64,000 nt of DNA. Origin: an uncultured Syntrophomonadaceae bacterium. GTDB taxonomy: Bacteria > Bacillota > Dethiobacteria > DTU022. The stretch spans positions 32,453 to 96,452 of the forward strand of contig CAYXKD010000002.1 of assembly GCA_964464625.1 (NCBI GenBank), given 5' to 3'. Shown one piece after another: positions 20,323 through 29,923 of this stretch (positions are counted from its first letter, which is position 1; the number at the start of each line of letters is the position of its first letter). The notes under the pieces were generated by a model, which was not told where the DNA came from, did no database searches, and saw only the letters and a list, made by a program, of their open reading frames with translations. A program made the position numbers and the translations under genes.

Positions 20323-20663
20323 TGCTCCCCTCCAGCCAGGGTCGCGTTGCAAATATTATAACATAATTAGATCCATCGCTAACCTGCTGAACATGGGGAC
20401 CAACATCTTTTTGGGCAAGATCTCCTTCATTACCTCCTCCATTGCCGCAGCGATGCAGCTGGGGATTTCGCTGGATTACTCTATGACTAGCCAGCTTTTT
20501 TTTGACACCGATTGTCTTTCTGCTTTTTTGTGGGTAAAGGAGGAAAACATTTTATTTAAACTTTACCCTGGAAACAGCGGTGGCCCAAAGGGGTTTGTTA
20601 TGTTATGATCACGTCAGCAATGGAATTGGTAAAAAAACGGACATGCGTTAAAGGAGAGCTATA

Positions 20664-21830
20664 TTGCCAGTCGTAATGGCCGTATTCGGCACGCGCCCCG
20701 AAGCAATCAAAATGGCGCCTTTAATCCGGTTCTTGAAAGAAACTGCCGGAATCAGGATGCTTACTGCTGTAACGGCGCAGCACCGCGAGATGCTTGATCA
20801 GGTCCTGGAGCTTTTTAAGATCACTCCGGAATACGATCTTGACCTGATGAGCCCCCGGCAAACCCTGACGGATATCACCTGCCACACACTATCCGGAATG
20901 GAGAAAATCCTGGAAAGTGTCACTCCGGACCTGGTACTGGTGCATGGTGACACCACCACCACCTTTGCCGCCGCCCTGGCCGCTTTTTACAAGAAAATCA
21001 CAGTGGGTCACGTTGAAGCAGGCCTGCGCACATTTAACAAGAGAAGCCCATTCCCGGAGGAGCTGAACCGCCGCCTTACCGGCGCCCTGGCAGACCTCCA
21101 TTTCGCACCCACCAGCCGGGCCCGGGAAAACCTGCTGCGCGAAGGGATCCCCCCTGAATCTATCTTCGTCACAGGCAATACGGTTATCGATGCCCTGCAA
21201 ACCACGGTGCGGCCTGATTTTGTCTTTTCCGACCCCCTTCTGAACGAAATAGACTTTAGCCGCCCTGTGCTTCTTGCCGAGGTGCACCGCCGTGAAAGCT
21301 GGGGCGAGCCGCTGGAATCGATATGCCGCGCCTTCAGGCGCCTTGTTGACGATCTGCAACTGCCCCTCATATTCCCCGTCCACCGCAACCCCGTGGTGCG
21401 GGAGACAGTGGAGCAGATGCTAGGCGGCCACAGCAACATCCACCTGCTGGAGCCCCTTGACACCGCCTCCTTTCACAACCTCATGCAGCGCTGCAAGCTT
21501 ATTCTGACCGACTCTGGCGGGATCCAGGAGGAGGCTCCCTCGCTGGGCCGCCCCGTCCTGGTGCTGCGCGAGATCACCGAGCGCCCCGAGGCGGTGATTG
21601 CCGGCACCGTCAAAGTGGTGGGCACCGCCGAGGAAGCGGTGTACAGCGCCGCCAGGCGGCTCCTGGAGGATCCTTCGTCATACGCAGCCATGTCCAGGTC
21701 AAACAACCCCTACGGCGACGGCCACGCTTCCCTGCGGATTCAAAAAGCCATACTCTATCACTTTGGCATCCTTCTGGAGCGCCCTTCCGACTATCTGCCC
21801 GAAGATACCTTACCTCCCCCAGGTGATTGA
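20664..21830 (+). CDS. wecB: UDP-N-acetylglucosamine 2-epimerase (non-hydrolysing)
   Basis: 388 aa, TTG start with an AAGGAGAG RBS. The N-terminus VMAVFGTRPEAIKMAPL, HVEAGLRT and the GDS/GGIQEE motifs are diagnostic of WecB/MnaA. Confidence 0.9.
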   Translation: MPVVMAVFGTRPEAIKMAPLIRFLKETAGIRMLTAVTAQHREMLDQVLELFKITPEYDLDLMSPRQTLTDITCHTLSGMEKILESVTPDLVLVHGDTTTTFAAALAAFYKKITVGHVEAGLRTFNKRSPFPEELNRRLTGALADLHFAPTSRARENLLREGIPPESIFVTGNTVIDALQTTVRPDFVFSDPLLNEIDFSRPVLLAEVHRRESWGEPLESICRAFRRLVDDLQLPLIFPVHRNPVVRETVEQMLGGHSNIHLLEPLDTASFHNLMQRCKLILTDSGGIQEEAPSLGRPVLVLREITERPEAVIAGTVKVVGTAEEAVYSAARRLLEDPSSYAAMSRSNNPYGDGHASLRIQKAILYHFGILLERPSDYLPEDTLPPPGD

Positions 21831-21870
21831 AAGAACCTTTCAATGAGTTCGATGAGAGTAAAATAGATTC

Positions 21871-21908
21871 GTTTATTTGTAAAAACTAGCTTTTCAAGAC
21901 CTGACCCC
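21871..21908. repeat. 38-bp direct repeat, copy A (left boundary)
   Basis: GTTTATTTGTAAAAACTAGCTTTTCAAGACCTGACCCC is 36/38 identical to 59402-59439, with weaker similarity for ~10 more bp. It overlaps the 3' end of the ComK-like ORF. Confidence 0.8.
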
Positions 21909-22472
21909 ATTTGAGGTTCCTGTAACAAGAGAACAAACAAGCTTCTCCAGAAATTCTTTGTACTCTTCTGTGGAGGCCTGGGAGGCGATAGAGCCCGGCA
22001 TCAGGGTGCTGCAGTGTTTTTCCAGAGCAATGGTACCGTCGCGCAGACGCTTCCGGACAGTCTTCAATGTGTAATAACAGGGCAGCCTGTACTCCCCCGA
22101 AAGGATAATTAGCGAAGGGCAATCGCCCTGCTCCTCTTTGGACAGCCTCAACTCTACCACAGCATTGGGGTTCAGATAACTGTGGCATCCATCGTTTTTC
22201 CCCACTGCCCGCCTTGTTTTTACCGGCACCAGGACCAGCGCAGGTGAAAGGGGCAGCGGCAGCCCCTGCCGGTAATGGAAATATTCCCCCTGGTTCCGGC
22301 GGACCGCCTCCAGGTCGACGCTGAAATGCCTTGCCAGCCGGCGCAGGTTCCACTTTATGGTACGCTTATCCTGAAAAACATCCCCCTTTTCAGTGATGAT
22401 TAATGTGCCGTTGCCGCCCTCCTCATCATAAACAGGAACCAGAGCGGCCAGACAATCTCTCCATCGCTCCAT
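21894..22472 (-). CDS. ComK-family-like protein (putative competence-type transcription factor). Weak assignment.
   Basis: 192 aa. The size and conserved-looking blocks (ALVPVYDE, GEYFHYRQG, VLVPVKTRRAVGKN) are reminiscent of the ComK family. This rests on pattern recall only. Confidence 0.35.
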   Translation of the reverse strand: MERWRDCLAALVPVYDEEGGNGTLIITEKGDVFQDKRTIKWNLRRLARHFSVDLEAVRRNQGEYFHYRQGLPLPLSPALVLVPVKTRRAVGKNDGCHSYLNPNAVVELRLSKEEQGDCPSLIILSGEYRLPCYYTLKTVRKRLRDGTIALEKHCSTLMPGSIASQASTEEYKEFLEKLVCSLVTGTSNGVRS

Positions 22473-22585
22473 AAGATCACCTCATCAGCTTCAGTAATGG
22501 CCTAATGACAAGCATATTTCCGGAAGAGGCTTCCTACCCTTATTGACGCTTACATGCAGTCCTGTACTGCATTCCCATAACCCCC

Positions 22586-22630
22586 CAAAGTTAGTAAACT
22601 TGGTGCCAGGCACCAAGTTTACTAACTTTG
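22586..22630. repeat. 35-bp perfect palindrome, copy 1 (extended to 45 bp by flanks), upstream of hsp20
   Basis: caaag-TTAGTAAACTTGGTGCCAGGCACCAAGTTTACTAA-ctttg. The core is 22591-22625, 86 nt upstream of the hsp20 ATG. Confidence 0.85.
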
Positions 22631-22710
22631 CTGTTTGGGGCTATTTTACAGGGATACCGGGGCTTTGGCTGGTCTAAAATAAGGGTAAATCAATGCCGGG
22701 AGGTTTTTTT

Positions 22711-23130
22711 ATGTCCATGATACCCCGCGAACCGTTCCGCTATATTGAAGGCGCCCGCCGTGAAATGGAGCGCTTTTTCGGCTCCACCCTTTTCCGGGAG
22801 GAGCCCAGGATCGACATCTATGAAAAAGAGAACGAGGTAATCGCTTCCTGCGAAATGCCGGGACTGAAGAGCAAGGATGATCTCACCATCGAAATTAATG
22901 AGAACATACTCAGCCTGAACGGCACGATCAAGCAGGAGCATGAGATCAGGGAGGAAAATGTGCACCGCCAGGAGCGCTACTGGGGCAGTTTCCGCCGCAG
23001 CATCAACCTGCCCGCCCCGGTGCTTGCTGAAAAATCACGGGCAAGCTACCGCAACGGCATTCTGGAGATCACCATGCCGAAAGCAGATCCGCAACCGCGC
23101 CGGAAAAATATCCAGGTCGTTTTTCACTAG
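22711..23130 (+). CDS. Hsp20/alpha-crystallin family small heat shock protein
   Basis: Start at ATG 22711 (MSMIPREPF...) with a GGGAGG RBS at 7-nt spacing. Alpha-crystallin domain blocks (IDIYEKENEVIASCEMPGL, GILEITMPK) are present. Confidence 0.85.
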   Translation: MSMIPREPFRYIEGARREMERFFGSTLFREEPRIDIYEKENEVIASCEMPGLKSKDDLTIEINENILSLNGTIKQEHEIREENVHRQERYWGSFRRSINLPAPVLAEKSRASYRNGILEITMPKADPQPRRKNIQVVFH

Positions 23131-23143
23131 CGAAAGGGAAGGG

Positions 23144-23184
23144 AAATTAGTAAACTTGGTGCCTGGCACCAAGTTTACTAATTT
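23144..23184. repeat. 35-bp perfect palindrome, copy 2, between convergent hsp20 and LCP genes. Likely a bidirectional terminator.
   Basis: aaa-TTAGTAAACTTGGTGCCTGGCACCAAGTTTACTAA-ttt (core 23147-23181). The LCP gene stop codon (23178-23180) lies inside the right arm. Confidence 0.85.
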
Positions 23185-24425
23185 TCTTCTTCTGATGCGT
23201 CGTTTTCGTCGGGGGGTGGGTCGTTTTCCTCACCGGGGGGCGCAGGTGTTTCGCTGTCAGGATCGGGATCGTCGTCACCGTCGGGGTCGGTATCGTCTCC
23301 CGGGGTTTCCGGGGGATCATCCTCTACCGGCCCGGGCTTATCATCAATATCGTCGCCGGGATCCAGCTCCAGCGGGGGTATGTATTCATCGATCTCCCAT
23401 TCATCACCGGCCGGCAGCGGCGCCATGCCGGGACCGGGCAGTGTGATCTGCTCCCTGGCGGGAACATCCACACCGAATACCTTTTTGATGAGCTCCACCC
23501 TGGATTGCTCATTTATGACCACATAGGATATATTTAGCCCGTTTCGCGGGGCATACTGCCCGCTGCCCGTAAATACATCCATGCTGATGTCCTCCGCCTT
23601 GACCCTGAGCCCGAAAAGGGCCAGCTGGGCTATCTGCGCCGCATTCAGATTGGTCTCCACATTGTTCTGGACAGACCTGTACATCGCAGGGATATCCCTG
23701 AGTTTTCCCCTCTCCTTGATCTGCCTGAAAGCCTCCACCAGCACCTCCTGCTGTCGGGAAGCCCTGCCGAAATCACCGCCAATGCTGCGGTCGCGCACAA
23801 ATGTCAGGAATTTTTCGCCGTCAAGAAGCTGGTAGCCCTGATCAAGCAGAAGGGCTCCCCGCCCAAAATCGGCTCTGACAGGATGTTTCACATCAAAATA
23901 GACGCCGCCCACCCGATCAACCACTTCCCTGGCTCCATCCATATCCACGATTACATGGCAGTTGACAGGTATACCGCCCAGAAATTCCTCAACAGTTCTA
24001 ATGACGGTATTGACGCCGCTTTGATGTTTATCCGTAACCCCGGCCATATTATAGCCATACATATAGGAATGATTGATCTTGTCATATATCTCTGTCCCCG
24101 CTATCTTCACATAGCTGTCCCGGGGAATGCTCACCAGTGAAACACTCCGCTCCTTTAAATCCAGGGAGGCAATCATGATCGTATCGGGGCGAAAAATGGA
24201 ATAGACACTCTCCCTCCCGGCATCGCGGTCAAAGCCGAGCAGGAGAATATTCACACGATTGGGAGTGATACTTTCAGTGGCGGAAGCATCGCTCCAGCCA
24301 CTGCCGCCGCTGCTTTTGAAAAGGAGTGCCGGAAAACAGAAATAAGCAGTTGAAAAGGCAATCACCGCAATGAGCAAAGCCAGGAAAGCTGTTTGTCTCA
24401 CCAGGGATCGTTTCTTTTTTTTCAT
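23178..24425 (-). CDS. LytR-CpsA-Psr (LCP) family glycopolymer-peptidoglycan ligase with an acidic Pro-rich C-terminal tail
   Basis: 415 aa. N-terminal TM. LCP core blocks NILLLGFDRD, DTIMIASLDL, LVSIPRDSYV and FLTFVRDR. The C-terminus is D/P/E-rich low complexity. Confidence 0.85.
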   Translation of the reverse strand: MKKKKRSLVRQTAFLALLIAVIAFSTAYFCFPALLFKSSGGSGWSDASATESITPNRVNILLLGFDRDAGRESVYSIFRPDTIMIASLDLKERSVSLVSIPRDSYVKIAGTEIYDKINHSYMYGYNMAGVTDKHQSGVNTVIRTVEEFLGGIPVNCHVIVDMDGAREVVDRVGGVYFDVKHPVRADFGRGALLLDQGYQLLDGEKFLTFVRDRSIGGDFGRASRQQEVLVEAFRQIKERGKLRDIPAMYRSVQNNVETNLNAAQIAQLALFGLRVKAEDISMDVFTGSGQYAPRNGLNISYVVINEQSRVELIKKVFGVDVPAREQITLPGPGMAPLPAGDEWEIDEYIPPLELDPGDDIDDKPGPVEDDPPETPGDDTDPDGDDDPDPDSETPAPPGEENDPPPDENDASEEEN

Positions 24426-24619
24426 TATTCACAACACCCTAACATTCCTTAGAATTTGCCTCCAGAACAAATTATAACGGCATTGCGAAAAATGTCAAAT
24501 AAGGGCCTCCTGCAATTATTTCCTTTTGCAGAAAGCCCTGTTATGCCCCTGTGGGGCAGCATCAAAATATGCTGCGATATTAAAACATGCCTGCGGGATA
24601 GTTTAAGGAAAAACCTTCT

Positions 24620-25588
24620 TCAATTCATTTCAGGGAAAAAAACCTCTTTTATGATCTGCCAGTTGGCTTCATCGTCCAGAATAAGCCGCTCTTCATCATC
24701 GCCTTCAATATACTCACCCTGCAGGGTATAATCGTCCACAGAGTTGATGTCCAGATGCTCGCGGGCAAAGACAACAAGTGAAATGATCTGATTTAGCTGC
24801 AAATCCGTATCCAGACTATCCTGGTACGCATGGTAAGTGGGAAGTACCTGGCGAAAGCGCCCCATCTTTTTAAAATGGCTCAGTGTCGCCAGAAGCAGCT
24901 TCTTCTGCCTCTCTATCCTCATCAAATCATCCCTGCTGTCAGAGTCCAGGTAAGTAAGGTATTGCATGTAGGCGCGCCCGTCAAGCAGCTGCGGGCCCAC
25001 ATAAAGATCCTCTGCAGGGGTTGGCCCGGGAATAAAGATATCAACATCAAATTCCACCCCTCCCATGGAATCGATGAGCTGCTCAAAGCCCTTCATATCA
25101 ACAGCAATATAGTAATGCAGGTTCACTCTCTTCAAAAGGGACTCCACGGTTTCAAGAATGCAATTAATCCCCTGCCGGTAATTCTTACCATCTCCATTCC
25201 CGCTGCCCAGCCTGTAAGCAAATTGAAGGCGCTCCCACCTGTTTTTTCCTGCTATCTTCACATAGGAATCGCGGGGGATGCTCAGCAGCGTTAAAGAGTC
25301 CCGGTCAAAATTAATAGAGGCAACCATAATCGTATCGGCCCGGTAGCCACTCTCACTGTCTCCATCATCAAGATCCCACCCCAGGCCGAGAATGGCTATA
25401 TTTACGATTCGCTCACCAAAATATTTCCCCGGTTCACCCATAGCATCAAAATCTTCCCGGAAAAGATGGGCCGGATCAAAGAATACGCGATAGATCCCCA
25501 CACCGATAATAGCCACCGAAACAACCAGGATCGTTGACACCACGGCGAGTGAGAAATAGATTTTTTCTTTTCTGGATAACTTTCGCAA
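24620..25588 (-). CDS. LCP family protein (second paralog)
   Basis: 322 aa. TM plus NIAILGLG, DTIMVASINFDRDSLTLLSIPRDSYV and YLTYLDSDSRDDLMRIERQ motifs. Confidence 0.85.
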   Translation of the reverse strand: MRKLSRKEKIYFSLAVVSTILVVSVAIIGVGIYRVFFDPAHLFREDFDAMGEPGKYFGERIVNIAILGLGWDLDDGDSESGYRADTIMVASINFDRDSLTLLSIPRDSYVKIAGKNRWERLQFAYRLGSGNGDGKNYRQGINCILETVESLLKRVNLHYYIAVDMKGFEQLIDSMGGVEFDVDIFIPGPTPAEDLYVGPQLLDGRAYMQYLTYLDSDSRDDLMRIERQKKLLLATLSHFKKMGRFRQVLPTYHAYQDSLDTDLQLNQIISLVVFAREHLDINSVDDYTLQGEYIEGDDEERLILDDEANWQIIKEVFFPEMN

Positions 25589-25618
25589 ATTTCAGCCCCC
25601 TTTCACCCTATGCAGGCG

Positions 25619-27397
25619 CTACCATATTCTATTCAGTTCATAAAGGGTAGCCTCCTCATAGATACCCCTGATTTCAGGAGGGTGATAATCGCCTTCCGCC
25701 AATCCCCATACCTTTAAAAGCTCATACAACACCTGCGAATAGGATTCGTTCACTACAACAAACACTCTTTTGCAATGATAGGATACATCCCATAAATATG
25801 AACTTGACAGCCCTTTTTCTCTCAGGTAGTACTCCAGGATTGCGTCTGAAGGAGCCGTAGCAAGGATACAGTCGCCCTCTTGCAACAGGGGCGCTACTGT
25901 TTCAACAATGGCCGGAGCATCTCTCAGGGAACCGGTCTCATTGGAATAGTAAATCTCCTTCGACCCCAAAAGCTGAATAGTGAGCATTGCCGACAGAGCC
26001 ACCACTATAATAGCACAGACTGGGCCTTTATAACGAAGATTCTTAATCCTGCTCTGCTCTAAGAGATAATCCAATCCCGCCGCAACGGCTATAAAGAAGA
26101 AAAAGGCCCAGAAAATCCATGTCCGCGGCGGCGATGCCGCTCTCTGGATCAGCAGTAAGGGCAGAGGCGCAATCACCGCTGAAAGAAGCAGCAAGTTTAG
26201 CTTTCGATAAAAGATTACAGAGACCAGCGCCGCCGCAGCCAGTATTAGCTGCAACGCCGTCGGGATATCTCTCATTAACTGGCAGACCACTGCCAGAACA
26301 GTGTTTGGCCAGAGACGGCTCAAAGCAACCCAGCTTCGAGGCAGAACATAGGGGTTGGCTGCCAGCGCCTCCCATCCCGAAAGGATCAAAACCGGCAGGT
26401 AAAGTATAAACGTAATCAGTGCGATTAACAACAATGAACCAAAAAGCTCCTTCAGCCTGGAGAACCGCCGGGGATTATCTTTTTCCAGGACAATAGAGAA
26501 AAACAACCAGCAGAACACTATGCTCAAGGGATAGAGCATTACCGGGACAGTGTACAACCCCAGCGCAGCAAATAAGGCCAGGAGCACCCAGAGAAAGCGG
26601 TTATTGCTCTTCTGCAGATGCGAAGCCACGTAGAGAACGCAGAGAAAAAGAAAAACCATGAGCGTATAGCCCCTGGCATTTACAGAGTACTCCACAAGAA
26701 TGGATGAAGAGGCGGCCAGCCCTGCAGCGATGAGAGCGGCATTGGCATTAACGAGGCGCCGCACCACGGCATAGGATGCCGGGATAATCAAAACGCCGGA
26801 TATAAAAGCCGGCAGCCGGAAAGCCCAGGGTGCACCGCCGAAAATCAGGTATGCGCAACGCATCAGCAGGGAATGCAGGATATGGTTGTTAGGGGTGGCG
26901 TAGAACGAAGCTGCCGCTAAAGCGGGGCGTAAGGCATTGCATAAGAAACTGCCGGCCTCATCAAATTTAAGAGGCACCTTCAGATAATAGAGCCGCACCA
27001 GGAAACCCAATAGCAGGAGCAGCAGCAGGGTAACATAGTGCACTCTCTCTCTTTGAAAAGCCAGCTTTAAAGAGCGCTGCTTAAGTTTGCCGCTCAACAG
27101 TTTCGCAGAAATGATCACATCCCTAAAATAGATATTGATCCTTTTTCTGGCCAGATAAAGCAGGATTGCGCCCAGAAGGGCGGCTCCCCCGAAAAGTTTC
27201 AGGCGTCCCGAGATTATATGGTACCATGATTCGCTGAATATGGAAGCATCCCCGCTCGCGGCAAAGGCATCCAATTTGCTTTTTACAAGATCATAGGGGA
27301 TAAAAGCGCCCGCGATCAAAAAGGTGCCGCCCAGAAACAGCAAAAGCACCAGTATCCAGGTGAAACAGCGAAAAGGTTTATCACTGGAAGAAAGCAT
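25619..27397 (-). CDS. GT-C fold glycosyltransferase, family 39 / ArnT-PMT-like (YkcB-like)
   Basis: 592 aa polytopic membrane protein. The first extracytoplasmic-loop region (YYLKVPLKFDEAGSF...) matches the PMT_2/ArnT family pattern. Confidence 0.6.
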   Translation of the reverse strand: MLSSSDKPFRCFTWILVLLLFLGGTFLIAGAFIPYDLVKSKLDAFAASGDASIFSESWYHIISGRLKLFGGAALLGAILLYLARKRINIYFRDVIISAKLLSGKLKQRSLKLAFQRERVHYVTLLLLLLLGFLVRLYYLKVPLKFDEAGSFLCNALRPALAAASFYATPNNHILHSLLMRCAYLIFGGAPWAFRLPAFISGVLIIPASYAVVRRLVNANAALIAAGLAASSSILVEYSVNARGYTLMVFLFLCVLYVASHLQKSNNRFLWVLLALFAALGLYTVPVMLYPLSIVFCWLFFSIVLEKDNPRRFSRLKELFGSLLLIALITFILYLPVLILSGWEALAANPYVLPRSWVALSRLWPNTVLAVVCQLMRDIPTALQLILAAAALVSVIFYRKLNLLLLSAVIAPLPLLLIQRAASPPRTWIFWAFFFFIAVAAGLDYLLEQSRIKNLRYKGPVCAIIVVALSAMLTIQLLGSKEIYYSNETGSLRDAPAIVETVAPLLQEGDCILATAPSDAILEYYLREKGLSSSYLWDVSYHCKRVFVVVNESYSQVLYELLKVWGLAEGDYHPPEIRGIYEEATLYELNRIW

Positions 27398-27424
27398 TTT
27401 CAGCTCCCCCTAAAGGAAAAGTAT

Positions 27425-29866
27425 TCAGGAATAATCCGCCGGCTGGTAGAAAATCCTATCTGGATAATTTTTCTTAAAGCTGTTTTTAAAGAGGGCAAAG
27501 GGCGACAGGGCCGCATCCCTTGCCAGGGCCATGCCCCCTCCCCTGACTCCCGCTGTGTTGCCCCTGAAAAGATTGCCCGAGATCTCCAGCACTGAGCGCC
27601 ATGCGGAGATCCCGCCCCCGTACACCTCGGCAATATTGCCCTCGATAGTATTACCGGTCAATACGGGCGAAGCGGCCACAATATTGATCCCGCCGCCATG
27701 AACCGCCTTATTCTTGAAAATGTAGTTGTCCAGTATTGAAGGTTTCCCCCCCAGACTGACAGCCATGCCGCCGCCCATCTTTGCCTCATTGGCCTCGATG
27801 CGGTTGCCCTCCACAGCAGGATCCGCAAGTATACAACAGATCCCTCCTCCCTCGATGAGAGCGCTGTTACCCGCAATGGTATTGGCGATGAGGTGAGGCG
27901 CCGCCTCCAGAACGGCGACCCCTCCACCGTACCCGGGAACCTTGCCCTCGCCGGAATCTGTTGTATTGTTTTCGATAATGTTATTGGAGATTACCGGACT
28001 GCTCCCTTTCGCAACGAGAATGCCGCCCCCGAAACAACCCATAAACTCTTCCACCACCGTTCCCTGCCCTCCGGTAATGGTAAAACCGGCCAGAAGAGCA
28101 CCCTCCCCCTCACCATTGCAAAAGGAAACAACCGATCTTTCCCCTGCGCCCTGAATGATGGTATGGCTGACAACTTCGGGATCTTCAGGATCGCTGCTCT
28201 GCACCGCAACCTCTTTGCCCATGAAGTCGATATTCTCTACGTAAATACCGGGACTCACAATGATCCTCTCCCCATTCAGGGAAGCCTCAATGGCCTTCTG
28301 GATGCTGCTGTATTCGCCGGGAACCAGTTTCTGCCCCCCTGAAAGTTCCCGATCCTTTTCGCCCAGATCATAAAGATAGATAAAAGCATTCTGGGAGCAA
28401 TAAATATCGAGCAGCTCTCCTATTTGATCAAGATGCCCGGTGAACATTTCTCCTTCCCCAGGCACAACATGGGAGAAGAAAAACCAGATCCGCCCCTTTC
28501 CGACCATCTCATCCAGTTCATCAAGATACAACTGGCGGTTTCCCCTATAATTTCCCCCGGGTATATAAGAAACCTCCTGATTGTATGTGTAATACTCAAA
28601 AACCTTGAATGACTCGTGATAAACATAGATTTCATCGCCAGCCTGCTTATTATCAAAATAGTACTCTATAACGGGCCTGGACTCTTCATTCAGGCGCGGT
28701 TTTACCAGGTGATAAGCGCTGCGTAGCGCCGGTATGGAAAATATGACAACGGCCAAAACGACTGCAGTCACAGCGCTGCGGCGAAAAAGAGCGGCGCCAA
28801 CATGGTAAAGCCCTTCCCCGATGACCAGGTAAAACAGAGGCATGGTAAACAATACCATCCTGTCTGCAATGGGATAGAAACGCATCGCCGACAGTGCCGC
28901 CAGCACCGCCAGCGGCAGCAGGATCAGCCCCAGCACAAAGCGTTCCTTTCTTGATTTCCACAGCATTGCGACCCCCGCGGTGATGATCACAAGAAGCAGG
29001 GCTGCATGGGGAATGCTGAACCCCAGGGGATTGCAAAACAGCTTGATTGCCGCCTGGGGATACCAGGCCAGCTGACTCAGTGAAACGGGAGGAAAAGGAA
29101 TAAAATCATTCTCGAAAAATATATAGAAAGCTCCATTATTTGATGCCGGGCCGGCAATGTAATGATAGCTGATGGCAAAGCTTACGCCCCAGAAAAGGGC
29201 CATGGTTCCAAGTTTCACCATCACCGCTGTGATTTTTTCCTTCTGCTCCCTCAAGGCAAAGATAAAGAGAACAATGCCTGTACCGGCCAGGATAAAGACA
29301 GAGGAATAAGCGCACCAGATCGCCAGGCTGCCGGCAATGGTGAATATGATTGTTTCCCTCAAAGCGTAGCGGCGCCTGTAAAGGTTCTCCGCCAGCAGTA
29401 GAATGACAATGGTGATAAGCAGCTCCAGGCTGTACTGCTTAGCCTCATTGGAATAGTAAATGGCACGGTCTGCCAGCACCAACAAAGCCAGAGCCGGCGG
29501 CAGCGCTTTGGGGCCAAGGAATCTCTCTGCCATTTTCACAAAAAGAAAGAGAGCGGCAATCCCGGACAGTAAAGGGATAAGCCTGAGAATATACTCGCTA
29601 TATCCAAAGAGCTCTGTAAGCAATTTTGTAAGCAGGAGATAGAGAGGCGGCGCAGCCTGCACATTGTCAAGAGGTGAAAGCAGCTCCAGGTATCCCCGCT
29701 CCAGTATATTCATCACCAGCAGAGACTCGTCAAACCAGATGGAGCGGTTGGATAGGTATTGAAGAAGACGCGTCACTATCCCGTAACCGAGAAGTACCCA
29801 GATAAGGACGCGGGAATAATAAATCCTCCGCAAAACCGGCAAAACCGGCAAAACCCTCTCTTTCAA
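27425..29866 (-). CDS. Fusion protein: N-terminal GT-C (GT39/ArnT-like) membrane glycosyltransferase domain plus C-terminal right-handed parallel beta-helix (pectin-lyase/NosD-like) domain
   Basis: 813 aa, TTG start. The N-terminal ~480 aa is multi-TM with a PMT_2-like loop (WFDESLLVMNI...). The C-terminal ~300 aa carries repeated GGG(I/M/V)xxxxSxxxIxxN(T/I) beta-helix turns. A 9-bp tandem repeat encodes (VLP)3 near the N-terminus. Confidence 0.6.
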   Translation of the reverse strand: MKERVLPVLPVLRRIYYSRVLIWVLLGYGIVTRLLQYLSNRSIWFDESLLVMNILERGYLELLSPLDNVQAAPPLYLLLTKLLTELFGYSEYILRLIPLLSGIAALFLFVKMAERFLGPKALPPALALLVLADRAIYYSNEAKQYSLELLITIVILLLAENLYRRRYALRETIIFTIAGSLAIWCAYSSVFILAGTGIVLFIFALREQKEKITAVMVKLGTMALFWGVSFAISYHYIAGPASNNGAFYIFFENDFIPFPPVSLSQLAWYPQAAIKLFCNPLGFSIPHAALLLVIITAGVAMLWKSRKERFVLGLILLPLAVLAALSAMRFYPIADRMVLFTMPLFYLVIGEGLYHVGAALFRRSAVTAVVLAVVIFSIPALRSAYHLVKPRLNEESRPVIEYYFDNKQAGDEIYVYHESFKVFEYYTYNQEVSYIPGGNYRGNRQLYLDELDEMVGKGRIWFFFSHVVPGEGEMFTGHLDQIGELLDIYCSQNAFIYLYDLGEKDRELSGGQKLVPGEYSSIQKAIEASLNGERIIVSPGIYVENIDFMGKEVAVQSSDPEDPEVVSHTIIQGAGERSVVSFCNGEGEGALLAGFTITGGQGTVVEEFMGCFGGGILVAKGSSPVISNNIIENNTTDSGEGKVPGYGGGVAVLEAAPHLIANTIAGNSALIEGGGICCILADPAVEGNRIEANEAKMGGGMAVSLGGKPSILDNYIFKNKAVHGGGINIVAASPVLTGNTIEGNIAEVYGGGISAWRSVLEISGNLFRGNTAGVRGGGMALARDAALSPFALFKNSFKKNYPDRIFYQPADYS

Positions 29867-29884
29867 AACAATCCGCCTCCCCAG

Positions 29885-29923
29885 AATTAGTAAACTTGGT
29901 GCCTGGCACCAAGTTTACTAATT
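29885..29923. repeat. 35-bp perfect palindrome, copy 3, at the junction of gtrA-like and the GT-C fusion gene
   Basis: aa-TTAGTAAACTTGGTGCCTGGCACCAAGTTTACTAA-tt (core 29887-29921). The GtrA-like stop codon (29918-29920) is inside the right arm, at the same relative position as in copy 2. Confidence 0.85.

Noticed and set aside
20393-20608. 71-aa plus-strand ORF in the wecB upstream region
   Set aside because: No RBS, no recognisable domain, and it sits in the divergent promoter region. Probably non-coding.
22591-22625. Sigma-54 promoter (TGGCAC-N5-TTGC) within the 35-bp palindrome
   Set aside because: TGGCAC is present, but the downstream -12 element reads TTTAC rather than TTGCW at the required spacing. 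The element is a perfect palindrome, which fits a hairpin or repeat better.
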